The translations under genes were made by a program, and so were the position numbers. Positions 39,978 through 54,024 of a stretch of DNA of 64,000 bases are shown one piece after another. Location of the stretch: the NCBI GenBank assembly GCA_951406725.2, contig OX597830.1, forward strand, positions 52,514,001 to 52,578,000, in the 5' to 3' direction. This DNA is from Octopus vulgaris (taxonomy: Eukaryota). Position 1 is the stretch's first letter. Every line of letters starts with the position of its first letter. A model generated the notes under the pieces. The model searched no databases and was not told the origin of the DNA. It saw only the letters and a program-made list of their open reading frames with translations.

Positions 39978-40628
39978 GATGGATGTTATTGACTATGTGT
40001 AATGTGTACACGTGTGTATATGCAAGTGTTACGTACATGCATTTGTTGCCAGTGTGTCATTGAGTATATTAGAGTTTGTGTAAATGTTTGATAAATCAAT
40101 ATCTATTGATACAAATCAATCTCCTCTCCTTCCACCCCACCCACTATGCACACATCCAGACATACAGACAGACACTCCCCCACTGGTGTCATCATCTATC
40201 ACTGATCACATGTATCAATACAATAGCAGACAGACAATACACCACTGAACACACCCACCTTCTGTTGCTGCCTTACCAACTGCTTTATTCTCTTGCCCCC
40301 CCTTCCCCCCCCTCTCTCTCTCTCTTTCCCTCTTGCCTTTTCTCTATGTGTCCCACAATTTTTTAAAAATTTAAACAGATTTTAGAAAATGCTATTTATA
40401 CATCTGAACATTATATATATATCTGCCTTTCTATCTAACTATATATATCATCATCACCATTATTGTTTAACGTCTGTTTTCCATGCTAGCGTGGGTTGGA
40501 CGGTTCGACCGTGGTCTGGGAAGCCAGGAGGCTGCACCAGGCTCCAGTCTAATCTGGCAGTGTTTCTACAGCTGGATGCCCTTCCTAATGCCAACCACTC
40601 CGAGAGTGTAGTGGGTGCTTTTTATATG

Positions 40629-40679
<51 letters not shown>

Positions 40680-42776
40680 CATGTGCATACACATATTTGT
40701 GTGTGTGTGAGTGTGTATGTATGTATTTGGTAGAACAAACAGGATAAGAACTCAGTACATGAGTATAAATATGTAGGTATTTAGGGGAAATCCCAGCTGT
40801 TTCTTCTTAAACCACATCTGCTTACTCCATTATTACAATCCAATATGTAGTCTCAGTTGCTGCTGTATGTAATGGTGAATAAATACTAAACAGATTTCCA
40901 GTTCCCTGTTTTGTTAAAAATGAGTATATATATATATTTTATTGTTTTAATTGGCAAAAAGTTACAAAATCACTTTCTTCCCAATCATGTGGTCTTGGGT
41001 TCAGTTCTACTCTGCAGCACCTTGAACAAGTGTCTACTCTAGCCCCTCACTGACCAAAGCCTTGTGAGGGGATTTGGTAGATGGAAAGTGAAAGAATCCC
41101 ATTATGTATGTGTGCATGAGTTTGTGTGTACCCTTATCTCAAAATAACATAACAGTTGTTAATAAGCTTTATCATACAAGTGAGATTGTTTGCTTCCAGT
41201 CTTCCATGAAAAACCCGTCCAGTTATGGGAAAATATTTCTTCACTTGGAAACAGTTGGCGACAGGAAGAGTATTAGACTGTAGAAAATCTATCTCAACAA
41301 ATTATTTTAATGTCCATTTTTTACTGTCCATTTTTTCAAGCATGCATGGGTCAAATTTGCTTGAAGTAGATAGATTTTCTAAGACTAGATGTTTTTACTG
41401 ATGCCATTTTGTTTCCAGCAAGGTAATACGTCTCCCTAGATTGATGCTTTCAGAGAAGACTGGAAAAAAAAATTGCACTTATTTACAACTATCATGCAGC
41501 ATGAAAACAAGAAGGCTTAAACATACACAAACATGCATACCTGCATATGTATGCCTATGCATATACATATATGTGACGGGCTTCTTTCAGTTTGATGTTG
41601 TTCAATATTCAAACAATTGAAAGAGGGGAAGTAGTGTGACAATATATAAGCAAAAATATTTGTTAACTCTTCAGAATATAATTATTCATTAAGACTGGCT
41701 CCTGTGCAGGTGGCACATAAAAAGCACCATTTGAGCATGGCCGTTGCCAGTACCACCAAACTGGCTCTCGTGCCGGTGGCACGTAAAAGCACCCACTATA
41801 CTCTCGGAGTGGTTGGCGTTAGGAAGGGCATCCAGCTGTAGAAACTCAGCCAGGTCAGCTTGGAGTCTGGTTCGCCAGACCTCAGTCAAATCGTCCAACC
41901 CATGCTAGCATGGAAAGCAGACGTTAGACGATGATGATGATGATGATATGATTAGTTGTCTAAAAAATCATTAGAAATTGCATTACATATTCATCTGTTG
42001 AGTTATACTCATAATGCGTTATATATTTATCAGTTCACATCTATAATCACAATATGTCCACTGGCAATGTCTGTTTTTTCTAGCAGGTCAAGTGACTGCC
42101 TAGAGACTCCATTTTTGGTTCATGGTTCCTATTATCTTATGCAGTTAGTCAGGCCAGCTGGAGCAGAGCAAACAAAATCAGGCGTTCCTTGAAGGTCACA
42201 GCCCAATGGCAGTAGTAATAGTAAGGTTTGAAATTACAAACATGTGGTCAGTTGTCCGGCATCACCCTCAGCTCAACTGCACATGATTTTAAGCCTCACA
42301 GACTGTTTATGTTGAATAAATTTCGGTCTACTTGCACTGTTTCTGGCCAAGAGAGAGGGGGGAAAAAAATGTAAGACAAAAATAGAAAAAGGCCAGTAAA
42401 AAAAAATCAATAAAATATCTTAATTATAAACCTTCACACAGCAATACAAACAGTTTTTGTGGTGTTAAGAACAATTGCTCAGGAGATCATCATCATCATC
42501 ATCATCACTGTCATCATCACCACCACCACCACCATCATCATCATCCTCGTCATTATTATCATCTTCAGAGGAGGAGGAGAAAGTAAGAGAAGAAGAACAT
42601 TAATTATCGGACATCTCCTGGCATTCTTTGGAATGACGCCAATTCTTCTTGAACAAATGGCGCTGACAATAACTGAAGATATTCACTAGAAATCATTTAT
42701 CAATTTTTCCTCCCCACCTCACCCAATCTTATCATCATCATCAGCGAAAACTTTAAACACATTTTAATAATTGCTT

Positions 42777-42856
<80 letters not shown>

Positions 42857-43724
42857 ATTTCTATGCATATGTATGAATGTTCATCCTGTATCTTATCCAC
42901 ATTATACCAAATTCTACCCCATTGGCTCCAATGATCTCATAGTTCTTTCTTCTTCATCCTGGTTTTGCTTTGTTGCTATTTTTGCTTTTGTTTTTTTTTA
43001 TATCCTTTGTGTGTGTGTTTTCTTATTAAAATTGGAAAATTAGAAGAAATTAAAAAATTTTTTTTCAAACGTGTTTTTTTCAAAACAATATATATACTAT
43101 TTTGAAAAGATATCATCATTATCATCATGAATTTTACTGCTGTTTTTTTCATGCTCGTATGGGTTGGAAGACTTCATGAGATAGTATCGTGTGACTAGAT
43201 GCCCTCCCTGATGCTAACACTCAATTTAAAGTGGTGTATAAATTCCACTGGCATTCACACCTCAAGCAACTGAGCTGTAGGATATGTCTCATTTACAAAG
43301 AGCATAAATAATCTTAGCACTGCCAGAGTAGAGTCCATGTAAAGACAAACATACACACACACTCAGCCATATGCACATATATTTATGCATGCCCCCACAC
43401 ACACACATTTGTAGCACTTTCAATGGGTGACTTCTACCAGTTCCCTGAGCCACCCAAAGCTTTATAAGTGAATTTGGTCAACAGAAGCTGAAAGAAGTCT
43501 GTGAATTTGGTAGATAGAAACTGAAAGAAGTCTATGGCATTTATATATAAGATGGACTCTCCCGTCTGTTTCAGCATATGAGGATCCGACAACCCACACT
43601 TTCTTTGTCAGTCATGATTTGCTAAGAAGCCCACAGATGTTGTAAGTATAAGGATTACGGGTCTGTACAGGCAGTATATTGGCAGCTAGTTTTCTCGGTT
43701 GCCTTGTACCCCTTAGCCTGTTAA

Positions 43725-43761
<37 letters not shown>

Positions 43762-43989
43762 AAGTCTGTGTCTGTGTTTATGTGCATGTGAGTGTGAAGA
43801 CTACAGAAACTAGTATACAAATACAGACACCAGAGCAGTCAAGAAAAGAGGAAAATATTATTGAGTATTGTAATCAATTGAGGTTTATCTGCAAATTCAA
43901 CTTCTTTCTTTCCTCTACAAGTACCTCTATGTGTGTCCTCTTGAAGATTTCAGTGACATTAGTATATGTGTGTAAATAGTTTGCATTTT

Positions 43990-44185
43990 ATTGAAGTTGT
44001 AAAACTTTACAAATTGTTACTCAGTTTCACTCCAAAAGTTCACTTCTTTCTGATGACTGGTTACATGAAACTCTGAGTAAGTTTTGTGAACTTTTTCATT
44101 TACTATAAAACACTGTATTTTACTCTACCTTTGGGATTTGAGTATTATTTCCACCTTGTTTTGCACCTATGCTCTCACATACCTG
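43990..44185 (+). mobile_element. Diverged hairpin + tail element (6168 family) with HHR core
   Basis: CTGATGA at 44050, GAAACTCTGAGTA at 44067, antisense remnant TTACTCAGTTTCA at ~44017, and family tail TACTCTACC..TTTGAGTA..CCACCTTGTTT. Confidence 0.65.
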
Positions 44186-44789
44186 TGTATGTGTAATATA
44201 TATATATATGTATGTATGTCTATATACAAGAAAATATTCATCAATTCACTCTTCTAGTAATTAGCTTAGCATCACCCTCAATCTGAAACTAGCATAATAG
44301 ATTCACTATTTACATTTATACATCTTATGTCTATTTTAATACTAACAAAATTATACCAGGTGACTAGAACTTACAACCTCAGTATTAATAGTACTATTAA
44401 TAATAATAATGTGTTGAATTGTTGTTTGAGTGGATGGAGAATAGCAAGCCAATCAAAGCTACAGGTATCTAGCCATGTGAGAATAAAGAATCTTCCTTAT
44501 CCTACCCAGGGACAGAAATCAAACAGCCACAAATTTAAGTACCACTTGATACCCACCCGCCTTTAAGTCAGTTCAAAAACTTAAGGGCTGCTACAATCAA
44601 CAATGGAGTGATGAAAGGTAGGTCTGGAGAGATTGTGGAGGTATTATCCACAAGAAATAAGATGGTGCGGTTCCTTAGCTGAACTCTCCACAGGCAAGAA
44701 ACAAGGATACAAATTATTCTGTGTGAGTAACAGTGATGAGATGGGTGGAGTAAATATGCAGTTACCTAAAATAAAGTAATTGAGGTAAT

Positions 44790-46335
44790 TAGTGTTTAAT
44801 CACAGTATCTTCAGATGGTTCCATGGTTTTTGAAATAAATCTTGATAAACAATCAGCATGGTCTAATTTCTTGGATGGTATATACTCCATCTTGAAACCA
44901 TAGTTTAATAATAGTACTGACTGGATGGAATTGTTTAATTTATGAGACCTCCCCATAAATCTGTTCTGTAAAAATATAAATGGTTTTTTTCCCCCTACTA
45001 AAAACAAGTCGTCAGACGAATTGAAGGAAAGAGTAAAAAATATTTTTCCTTAAGTTCTTCATCATCGTTTAACGTCCGTTCTCCATGCTAGCATGGGTTG
45101 GACGGTTCGACCAGGGATCTGGGAAGCCAGAAGGCTGCACCAGGCTCCGGTCTTATCTGGCAATGTTTCTACAGCTGGATGCCCTTCCTAACGCCAACCA
45201 CCCCGTGAGTGTAGTGGGTGCTTTTTACGTGCCACCTGCACTGGTGCCAGGCGAGGCTGGCATCGGCCACGGTCGGATTGGTGCATTTTACGTGCCACCT
45301 GCATGGAAGCCAGTCGAGGTGGCACTGGCTTCGGCCACGATTCGGATGGTGCTTTTTACGTGCCACCGACACGGAAGCCAGTCGAGGTGGTGCTGGCATC
45401 GGCCACGATTCGGATAGTGCTTTTTACGTATCTCCAGTCCAGGGGTCCTGGCATCTGTCGGGTGCCAGTCATAGGATTGGTTCAATTTCGATTCCGATTT
45501 CACTTGCCCCAACAGGTCTTCGCAAGCAATGGGGGGGGGGGGTTCTGTCTGATAAATTAGGTCTGTGTGCCAAGACGAAAGCATTTTTTCAAATAAAAGA
45601 AAAATGCCATACCAGTATTTAAACCAAAACAAATGGTACCCTTTGCAGTGATGATGCAAGTCAATGAAGAACTACAGAGACTAGAAAAAAGACTGGAGTT
45701 ATCCAAAAAGTGAAATCTTCATCATCCTTTTATACTAAATTCAAAGACTCCCAGTGAGTATTGAACAGGGAACGTCTCTCACTGAAAATTTTCAATAACA
45801 ATTTCACATGGTCTTTTTGGTAGAATGTAGTTACAGTATTTTGTGTTCTGCTGGGGATAATTTTCTTAAAAGTAGTAGTACCTTTTCATTGTCCATCCAA
45901 TTTTTGTATTCCTCTTTGAAGATTTCCTCATATCTTTGGAAATATGCAGAAATAGTAATACCTTCTTCTGGGTTATAACTAAATTCTGTAATTCCATATT
46001 GTTGTTGTTGTAATTGCTGTTGCAACTGCACCACAAAGGCTGTTTTCTATGTTAACTAATTTTTCTTTGATTTTTGTATCAAAAGAAAATGTTAACATCT
46101 GACGTACGCTTTGAATAAACTCATCACCACTTTTATATCCATCTATACATTGGATATACAGATTTCATGAAGCAGGGATGGACACAACTCTCTTCACACT
46201 AACATACCTCAAATTACTCCACTAAACACGATACTCCAATAAATACAAACTCTCAATGATCTCAATGACTTCCACAAACACTCAACAACTCCTACAACTC
46301 CCTTCGTCTCAACCAATACGCTGTTCTTTATAAGA
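44790..46335 (-). mobile_element. Gypsy (Mag-like) LTR retrotransposon relic
   Basis: Gag ITEFSYNPEEGITISAYFQRYEEIF; RNase H end LLLNYGFKMEY..HADCLSR; PBS-like TGGTGATGAG at ~46120 next to an LTR-like segment. An RT N-terminal piece lies on the opposite strand. Confidence 0.8.
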
Positions 46336-46533
46336 GTTCGGCTAGTCCATTCTTCCAATCCCACAGGGGTGTCATTGACTCTTGCCACAACAGTTTTTTA
46401 TGTTCGGCTAGTCCATTCTTCCAGTCCCACAGGGATGCCAATGACTCTCGCCACAATAGTTTTTCATGTTAGGCTAGTCCATTCTTCCAATCCAACAGGG
46501 GTGTCAATAACTCTCACCACACCAGTTTTTCAT
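46336..46533. repeat. 3 x 66-bp tandem repeat
   Basis: Units start at 46336, 46402 and 46468 (GTTCGGCTAGTCCATTCTTCCAATCCCACAGGG...). Confidence 0.9.
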
Positions 46534-47559
46534 ATAAGGCAACAGATGATAGTTAGATGGGGCAAATCATGAGAATAGGGAAGATGATCAACCAGTTTAA
46601 AGCCACAGTCATGCGCAGCAGTCATTGAAACCAAGGATTTGTGTGCTGGAGCATTGTCCTGATGAAACCAGACACCTTTTGTCAGTTTTCCTGGATGTTT
46701 GGTCTTGATTACCTTTCATAATTGCCCTCAGCAAGTTGGCATAGTATTCTCTATTGATGGTGTGGCCCTTTTGAAGATAGTCAGTAGACACAATGCTTTT
46801 TGCACCCCAAAAAATTGAGGCCCTCACCTTTCCTGCAGATGAAACAACCTTGGCATTCTTTGGAGCAAGTGAGGAGAGGTATTTACACTACATGAATTGT
46901 CTCTTTGTCTCTGGCTCAAAGTGATGAAGCCAACATTCGTCCTGAATTAAGAAATGTTCAAGAAAACTGGCTGGGCCTGCCTGAGACAATGTCAGATTTT
47001 CCTGCACTTATCATCAGGTGTCAGAAGACGCGGCACCCATGGAACAGAAACTTTCATCATGCCAAGTTCATTGTGCAGAAAATTCTCAACTCTCTCCCGG
47101 GATATGCTAATAGCATTGGCTATTTGATTTATAGTCAATTGCCTATCATCTATCACTATGTTGTGAAACTGATCAATATTTTCCTCAGTGGTGGATGTTG
47201 CAGGACATCCAGACCTTGGGTTAGATTCTAGACCCTCCCTTCCCCTCCTAAATTCCGCTGCCTACTTTTGCACTGTTGATAAAGTTGGAATGTCATCGCT
47301 TAGTATAGCAACCATGTCAGCATGAATGTCTTGGGGGATGAACCCTTTTCCTGTAGGTTCTTGGTAGCACCATGATGCCAAATTTTGTTGTTTTTCAAGG
47401 GAAGTCGCTACTAGTTACATTTGAAGTCTTCTTTGAGCAGTAAGATGTCAGTTTACCTGGAAAGAAACAAGAAGTGTTGAAATTAATACATGCAAGATTT
47501 CTGAACTCTAGCATTACTCCTTCAAAGTCAGCCTATGAAGTTTTCAGCCCACCCTCATA
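46534..47559 (-). mobile_element. Mariner relic, 3'-truncated
   Basis: 5' TIR TATGAGGGTGGGCTGAAAAC; motifs DYLQKGHTINREYYANLL, FHQDNAPAH and PYSHDL. Confidence 0.85.
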
Positions 47560-48227
47560 TTCTCACCAAGAAACAAGGCAGAAAGTTGTAAATGCTAAAT
47601 CCTTTCCTAATGAATAATATACCATCCAGCAAAGATTAATGATTGTGAATTCAAAGTAAGAGCCAGATAGACTCAGAGAAAAAGGATAATCTGGAGAACA
47701 AAGGCATGGAAACTAAAGGAATCTCCAATAGATTGTAGATTCAGGGAAATTCTCAATGACACAAATGATAGTGGAAAGGAGAAGATTGAAACTTTTAGAG
47801 GTCAGCTGGAATTTCCTATGAGAAAACCTGCTGAAGGCTACAAATCATATCTGTAGCTGATGAAAGGACTTAGCTAGATGAGAGGTGGAATGCTCTGGTC
47901 AATAGAGTCAAAAAAATCTAAGAGATAGGCTCGGAAAAATTGCCAAAAAGAGGGAAGCAGAGTGTTACCAAGTAGCAAGAGGAGAAGTGGCAATGAGAGA
48001 ATCATACATATTTTGCCGTGTGAAGATCGTTGGTGTGAGGTGTTTTAGATTGGAAGTCAATACATTAGAGAAAATCATCGTATTGGGAAGAAATGCTCGT
48101 GGATTGACAAAGTTACCCACGTATTCTTACTATTGATGGAAAGAAAGAGATATAGGAGCATTATTAGCGGAGATGGTTGAAAGTCATATGTGCATGGAAG
48201 AGTGAAGATCTAAGCCATCCATGTTAA

Positions 48228-48447
48228 CTCTTTTACATTCACATTATTGTCATATGTAAAGCGCTTATTTATTCACCTTGTTTTGAATTAATCATGCATC
48301 ATCTTGCAGATATGAGACTTTCATGATGTAACTGCTTATTTCTAGAAGGACATTGTAGGGTAGGTGTGAGAGGCTGCATCGGATTGGTTTAAATATAAAA
48401 CAGGAAGAATATTTAGGCTAGAAATGGCCAGTTCAAATGCTAAAGGG
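48228..48447. mobile_element. piggyBac-like MITE
   Basis: TTAA TSDs at 48224-48227 and 48448-48451; TIRs CTCTTTTACATT and AATGCTAAAGGG. Interrupts the RTE coding sequence. Confidence 0.7.
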
Positions 48448-48929
48448 TTAACAGTATTATGGTAGATAGAGGAATTTAAAATATGAAGAGAGGAAATATA
48501 CTTAGTCCATTAGGAATTACTGCTGAGATGCTTAAAATTTCTGGTGGAATTTGTTACAAGCTATTCACCTGCATAGCCAATCAGGTTGTGCAGGAAAGTA
48601 TCACACTAATAACTGGTTTAGTAGCATTATTGGGAACTGCTGCAAGTGCAAAGAAAATCCATCAGAAAAAGGAAGCTACCATGTAGCTAACTGATGGATC
48701 AGGTTATAAAAGTTAAAAAGAAAGTTATTGCAAAACTGATTTGGAATAGGATTAACCTGGGTGAGATGCAGTTCAGCATCATACCAGGAAAAGGTACCAC
48801 CAATGCCACTAGTGACACAGCTACAGGAAAGGTATTCAGCTAGAAGTAAGTCCCTATATTTAGCATTTATCGGCAAGAAGAAGGCCTTTGTAATGCGCAA
48901 GAGAGTAAGTGGTACTGGTATGGATATAT

Positions 48930-49393
48930 CAAAGGCAGCAAGCTGGCAGAACCGTTAGCACGCCGGGCGAAATGCCTAGCAGTATTTCGACTGCCGTTAC
49001 ATTCTGAGTTCAAATTCTGCCGAGGTCGACTTTGCCTTTCATCCTTTCTGGGTCGATTAAATAAATATCAGTTACGCACTGGGGTTGATATAATCGACTT
49101 AATCCATTTGTCCTCTCTGTGTTTAGCCCCTTGTGGGTAGTAAAGAAATAGGTATTTCGTCTTTTTTAAGGCAAAGAGCTGGCAGAAAGGTTAACACACC
49201 TGGCGAAATGCTTAGCTGTATTTCGTCTGCCATTACGTTCTGAGTTCAAATTCCGCCAAGGTTGACTTTGCCTTTCATCCTTTCAGGGTCGATAAAATTA
49301 AGTACCAGTTACACACTGGGGTCAATGTAATCGACTTAATCCGTTTGTCCCCTCTGTGTGTAGCCCCTCGTGGGTAGTAAAGAAATAGGTATG
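48930..49393 (+). mobile_element. Two tandem Meta-domain-like SINEs
   Basis: Both units end AAAGAAATAGGTAT. Confidence 0.85.
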
Positions 49394-49711
49394 GGCATAT
49401 CATGTGTATGAATGAGGACAACTTCAGAAGTGTTGACTGCTTAAAGTGAAGGTAACCTGTGGAAGAGTGAAGCCCAGCAAGATTTGTAATGAAGTGGTGG
49501 AGATTGATCTCGAGATATTGCATTTCATGAAGGAGCTTATGAGATATGTTTATTGGTGAAATCACAGTGCCAGACAATGGTTAGACATATGTTTTGTGTA
49601 TTTATGAAACTTTGAGTAGACTTGAATCAACTGCTATTCATCTGTGAATATAAATTTCAGTACAAGGTCTTCAGTACACTTTCTTTTCATTTGTACAGAT
49701 ATATATATCTA

Positions 49712-49751
<40 letters not shown>

Positions 49752-49890
49752 CACACATAAATACATATGAGTGCATGTATGAATATACAAATTTATGTAT
49801 TTCAATACCGCTTGCCTTTGATGTGTATAGAATTGAATTGTAAGTATACATGAGATGGACAAGATCAATGTTGTATATTACACACACATA

Positions 49891-49958
<68 letters not shown>

Positions 49959-50447
49959 TAGATCGATCAATGGATAGATAGACAGATAAACAGGTAGGCA
50001 GGCAGGCAGAAAACAGCATTTGTACAGCATATTACAACATTTCTGTGAAACAGTTTCAATAGAGTAAGGTTTTATATATATTTATGTATAAAGAAATGTG
50101 TAGATTTTACAAATGGTAATGTTATGCATATCAACCAGACATTTTGTTATGTTTTCATATCTCTCCATACTTCTGTGTGTGTGTGTGTTTGTGTGTTTGT
50201 GAAGATACATACACACACACACACAGAGTCATATACATCCATTGTAATCAACATCATCTCAGATCGGTTGTCATGCTCCAACTCAGTTCCTATTCATAGT
50301 TCCTGCCCTCCAGGGGAGAGTTTCAGAGGACTATGTCTTTCTTGTGCATTCCATTTTGGGCAGGGTTTCTATGGCATATGTATGTGCATATGTATACATG
50401 TGCATGCATATATATTCATATATGCATGCATGTATATACATTTACAT

Positions 50448-50829
50448 GGAAGCACTCCGTCGGTTATGATGACGAGGGTTCCGGTTGATCCAATCAACGG
50501 AACAGCCTGCTTGTGAAATTAATGTGTAAGTGGCTGAGCACTCCACTGACACGTGCACCCTTAATGTAGTTCTCGGGGATATTCAGCGTGACACAGAGAG
50601 TGACAAGGCCGGCCCTTTGAAATACAGGTACAACAGAAACAGGAAGTAAGAGTGAGAGAAAGTTGTGGTGAAAGAGTACAACAGGGATCACCACCATCCC
50701 TGCCGGAGCCTCGTGGAGATTTAGGTGTTTTCACTCAATAAACACTCACAATGCCTGGTATGGGAATCGAAACCGCGATCCTACGACCGCGAGTCCGCTG
50801 CCCTAACCACTGGGCCATTGCACCTCCAC
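50448..50829 (-). mobile_element. tRNA-derived SINE with chimeric head and tail
   Basis: Head as in 12868-13243, tail as in 15565-15890. 10-bp TSD ACATTTACAT at 50438 and 50830. Confidence 0.85.
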
Positions 50830-50851
50830 ACATTTACATATATAACATGCT

Positions 50852-51070
50852 TACAAGGACATGCTGGAAAGTTCCTGACTTTAAGGGTATCACAGAGGGC
50901 CTAGTTGGAAGCTCAACTTTCCAAGTTATTTTACAGGGCTTAAGAAAACTAAAGGAGCACTGCAGTAAGTGAGTGAATCTGAGAGGAGAATATGTTGAGT
51001 AAAATCATAAACTCATCCTCTTTTTTTTTTATTTTCCCCAAAGCCAGGAACCCTTCAGTATCCCCTCGTA
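50852..51070 (+). mobile_element. Mariner-derived MITE
   Basis: TA-flanked TIRs TACAAGGACATGCTGGAAAGTTCCTGACTTT and AAAGCCAGGAACCCTTCAGTATCCCCTCGTA. Retains the transposase C-terminus KLKEHCSK*VNLRGEYVE*. Confidence 0.8.
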
Positions 51071-52408
51071 TATATGTAAATGTATGTACCTACATGTATG
51101 TGCATATATCATTCAAAATTGATGTACATACACACACACACATGCACACACAAACTCACGAACTTGTGCTCTCATTGCCAGCTCTGTCTGGTTTGCCAGC
51201 TCTGTCTGGCACCTGTGCAGGTGGCACGTAAAAAGCACCCACTACACTCACGGAGTGGTTGGCGTTAGGAAGGGCATCCAGCTGTAGAAACACTGCCAGA
51301 TCTGACTGGGCCTGATGAAGCCTTCCGGCTTCACAGACCCCAGTTGAACCGTCCAACCCATACTAGCATGGAAAACGGACGCTAAACGATGATGATGATG
51401 ATGATGATGTAGATTTCCACACTCAGGTGTCCACACAGATGCACAAGCATACAGGAAGTATTGAAAACTTTTTTGATGATGCGTAACAAACTTTTACAGG
51501 CATGGTTGTGTGGTAAGAAGCTTGCTTCCCAGCCACATGGTTTTGGGTTCAGTCCCATAGCGTGGAATCTTGGGCAAGTGTCTTCTACTTTAGCCTCAGG
51601 TCAGCCAAAGCCTTGGGATTGGATTTGGTAGACGGAAACTAAAAGAAGCCTGTCATGTGTGTGTATGTATGTGTGTGTGTGTGTGTGTGTGCGCACGCAC
51701 ACATGCATGTGTGTCTTTGTTTATGTGTTTGTCCCCCACCACTACCCGACAATTAATGTTGGTTAGTTTGAGTCTCCATAACTTAGTGGTTCGACAATAG
51801 TGATTAATAGAATAAGTATCAGGTTAAACAAATAAGTACTAGGGTGAATTCTTTCAACTAAAAATTTTTCAAGGTGGTGCCCCAGCATGGCCCCAATCGA
51901 ACGACTGTAACAGGTAAAAAAAACAAGAAAAGGTAACAGATTCATATTTCTCATACATTCTAGCTTTATGACCTCAAACTCCTCTCCTCTCTGTCTCTCT
52001 CTCACCATCTTACACTCTCTCTCTGTATCTCCCATTTACTCACACTATCTCACCCTCACTCGCACACTTCACCTATCCTTGAGTCACCCTATATATGCCT
52101 ATTTTATGCTCAGTCCAGCTCCCTACCAGCACTCAATCACTCATTCTCTCTCTAATTCTTCTATCATTTCAGTAAACTGTTCCGCCAGACCTCAGCCATT
52201 ATATTTCCTTCTGTTATTCAACAAACAGTTGAACACACTTCCCAGAATGCCACACATACCACTTCAAACGGCTACAGGTGAATCAACCAAAACAATTGGC
52301 TTTTTTTTTTTTTTTCAAAATTTTGATTTATCTGAATTTTTTATTCAAACTTTGAAACAGTGATGATGATGATGATGTATGTGTGTGTGTGCATAGATAT
52401 CTATAATA

Positions 52409-52432
52409 ATATTTAGACAATAATAACTAATA

Positions 52433-52470
<38 letters not shown>

Positions 52471-52494
52471 TATTAGTTATTATTGTCTAAATAT
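52409..52494. repeat. Perfect 86-bp palindrome centred on (AT)16
   Basis: ATATTTAGACAATAATAACTAATAGCC-(AT)16-GGCTATTAGTTATTATTGTCTAAATAT. Confidence 0.9.
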
Positions 52495-52509
52495 ATATAT
52501 ATATATATA

Positions 52510-52865
52510 GAACAAAACATGAAATTGGACATTTTTGGTATTTATTCACCATTACATGTTTCATTTCTGAATAGGAATTACAGAGTTTTACATGTTAGGT
52601 AAGCATATAAGGAATTTCGTAATAGAAATTCTTCAGATAGAGAAATTAAACAATAACAAATAATATATTATTTAATTTCTCTGTTTGAAGAATTTCTAAT
52701 AAGAAATTCCTTATATGTCTATCTAACATTTAATACTTCGTAATTCCTATTAACAAATGAAACACATGTAATGAAGAATAAATAATACCAAAATAATTTC
52801 CATTCTCCTGTTTTGTTATACAATAATTCTGCAAATAATATTTCCATAATTCTCAATTTTTATAT
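52510..52865. mobile_element. Hairpin + tail element with ~140-bp imperfect arms, in (TA)n
   Basis: 52510-52650 pairs with 52671-52820. One-sided tail runs to (TA)n. Confidence 0.7.
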
Positions 52866-53746
52866 ATTTTTTTGAACTAACATACAGCAGCAACTGAGAC
52901 TACATATTCAATTGTAATAATAGAATAACCAAATGTGCTTCAAGAGGAAACAGCTTGAATTTACCCTAACTACCTATACTATATGTGTGTGTTAGTTTGT
53001 GTGTGTGCTAATGTATATATATTATTATCATCATTGTATGGCCATTATCCATGCTGGCATGGGTTGAACAGTTTGACAAATTCAGTGAGCAGCAGCCCTG
53101 TGCTATGCTGCTGTGTCAGCTTTGGCATGGTTTCTACAGCTGGATGCCCTTCCTCATGCCAACCACTTTACAGTGTGTATTGGGTGCTTTTTTCATGCCC
53201 CCAGGACTAGTGACTTGAAAATAAGTAACTTGAAAGGCAGAAAAAGAACAGGGAATAAGGGAAAAGGCAAAACTCCCTCTACTAAATGTGGTGGGGAGTA
53301 CTTGAGGTGGGAGAGAGCATTATGCTAAGTGTTGAAACATGAAAGCACATCTGAGCTTTTTGGCATGTGTGATCTTAGTAAGCAAAAAAGTAGCTCATAA
53401 CTTTGTTCAGGCTGTTTAATTGTTCAATGGGGAAAAAAGGATTATTACCTTGCTTCGAAACAGGTGAGGGTTGATAAAATGAAGGGCACCAGGACATAGA
53501 AAATCTATCTCTTCAATTCAATTTTGTCTGGCCCAAGCAAGCATAGAAAAATGGATATTAAAATGGTGCCAGTGACACATAAACAGAATCCATGCTGGTG
53601 ACATGTAAGAAACACACAGTACACTCTGTAAAATGGTTGGCATCAGGAAGGGCATCCAGCCATAGAAAGCAAGCCAACACAGATGACTGGAGGCTGGTGC
53701 TGCTCTCCTGCTTACAAACTCTGGTCAAACTGTCAGACCATATGGA

Positions 53747-53988
53747 CCCTGGTTCTCAACTAGGATCCCTATGGGACTTGGAGGCCTATATAAGATTTTG
53801 GTGTTAAGATTTACGTTCAATAAACTACTTATGTTTCTACAATACACAAAATGTTTTTACACAATTCCTAAAAATATTTAATCATAAAAATACAGGTGTT
53901 TTTAGACATCAAATGGTTATGAAAGTCCCACCCACTGAATAAAATAGGATTCAAAGGGGTCCACAAGTAAAAAAATGGTTGAGAGCTA
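53747..53988. mobile_element. hAT/Charlie-like MITE inside an RTE 3' end
   Basis: Termini TGGTTCTCAAC and GGTTGAGAG, with GGGGTCC subterminal motifs. Confidence 0.55.
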
Positions 53989-54024
53989 GCATTGTAAATG
54001 GACATTAAATGATGATATATATAT

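Larger units (their letters stand above)
44400..49590 (+). mobile_element. Old RTE LINE fragmented by later insertions
   Basis: EN start LRAATINNGVMKGRSGEIVEVL (~44580), resuming at 47560 (NAKSFPNE), then GITAEMLKISGG (~48515) and LYLAFI (~48855). Confidence 0.65.

Noticed and set aside
42440-42770. UTR-like unique segment with (CAT)n
   Set aside because: No consistent splice pair or credible ORF to support a feature.
46336-46533. CRISPR-like array
   Set aside because: Whole units repeat with no unique spacers, there are no cas genes, and the context is eukaryotic.
52600-52640. Hammerhead on the minus strand (CTGAAGA..CGAAA)
   Set aside because: Stems I and III cannot be formed, and a GAATTTC/GAAATTC hairpin sequesters the core.
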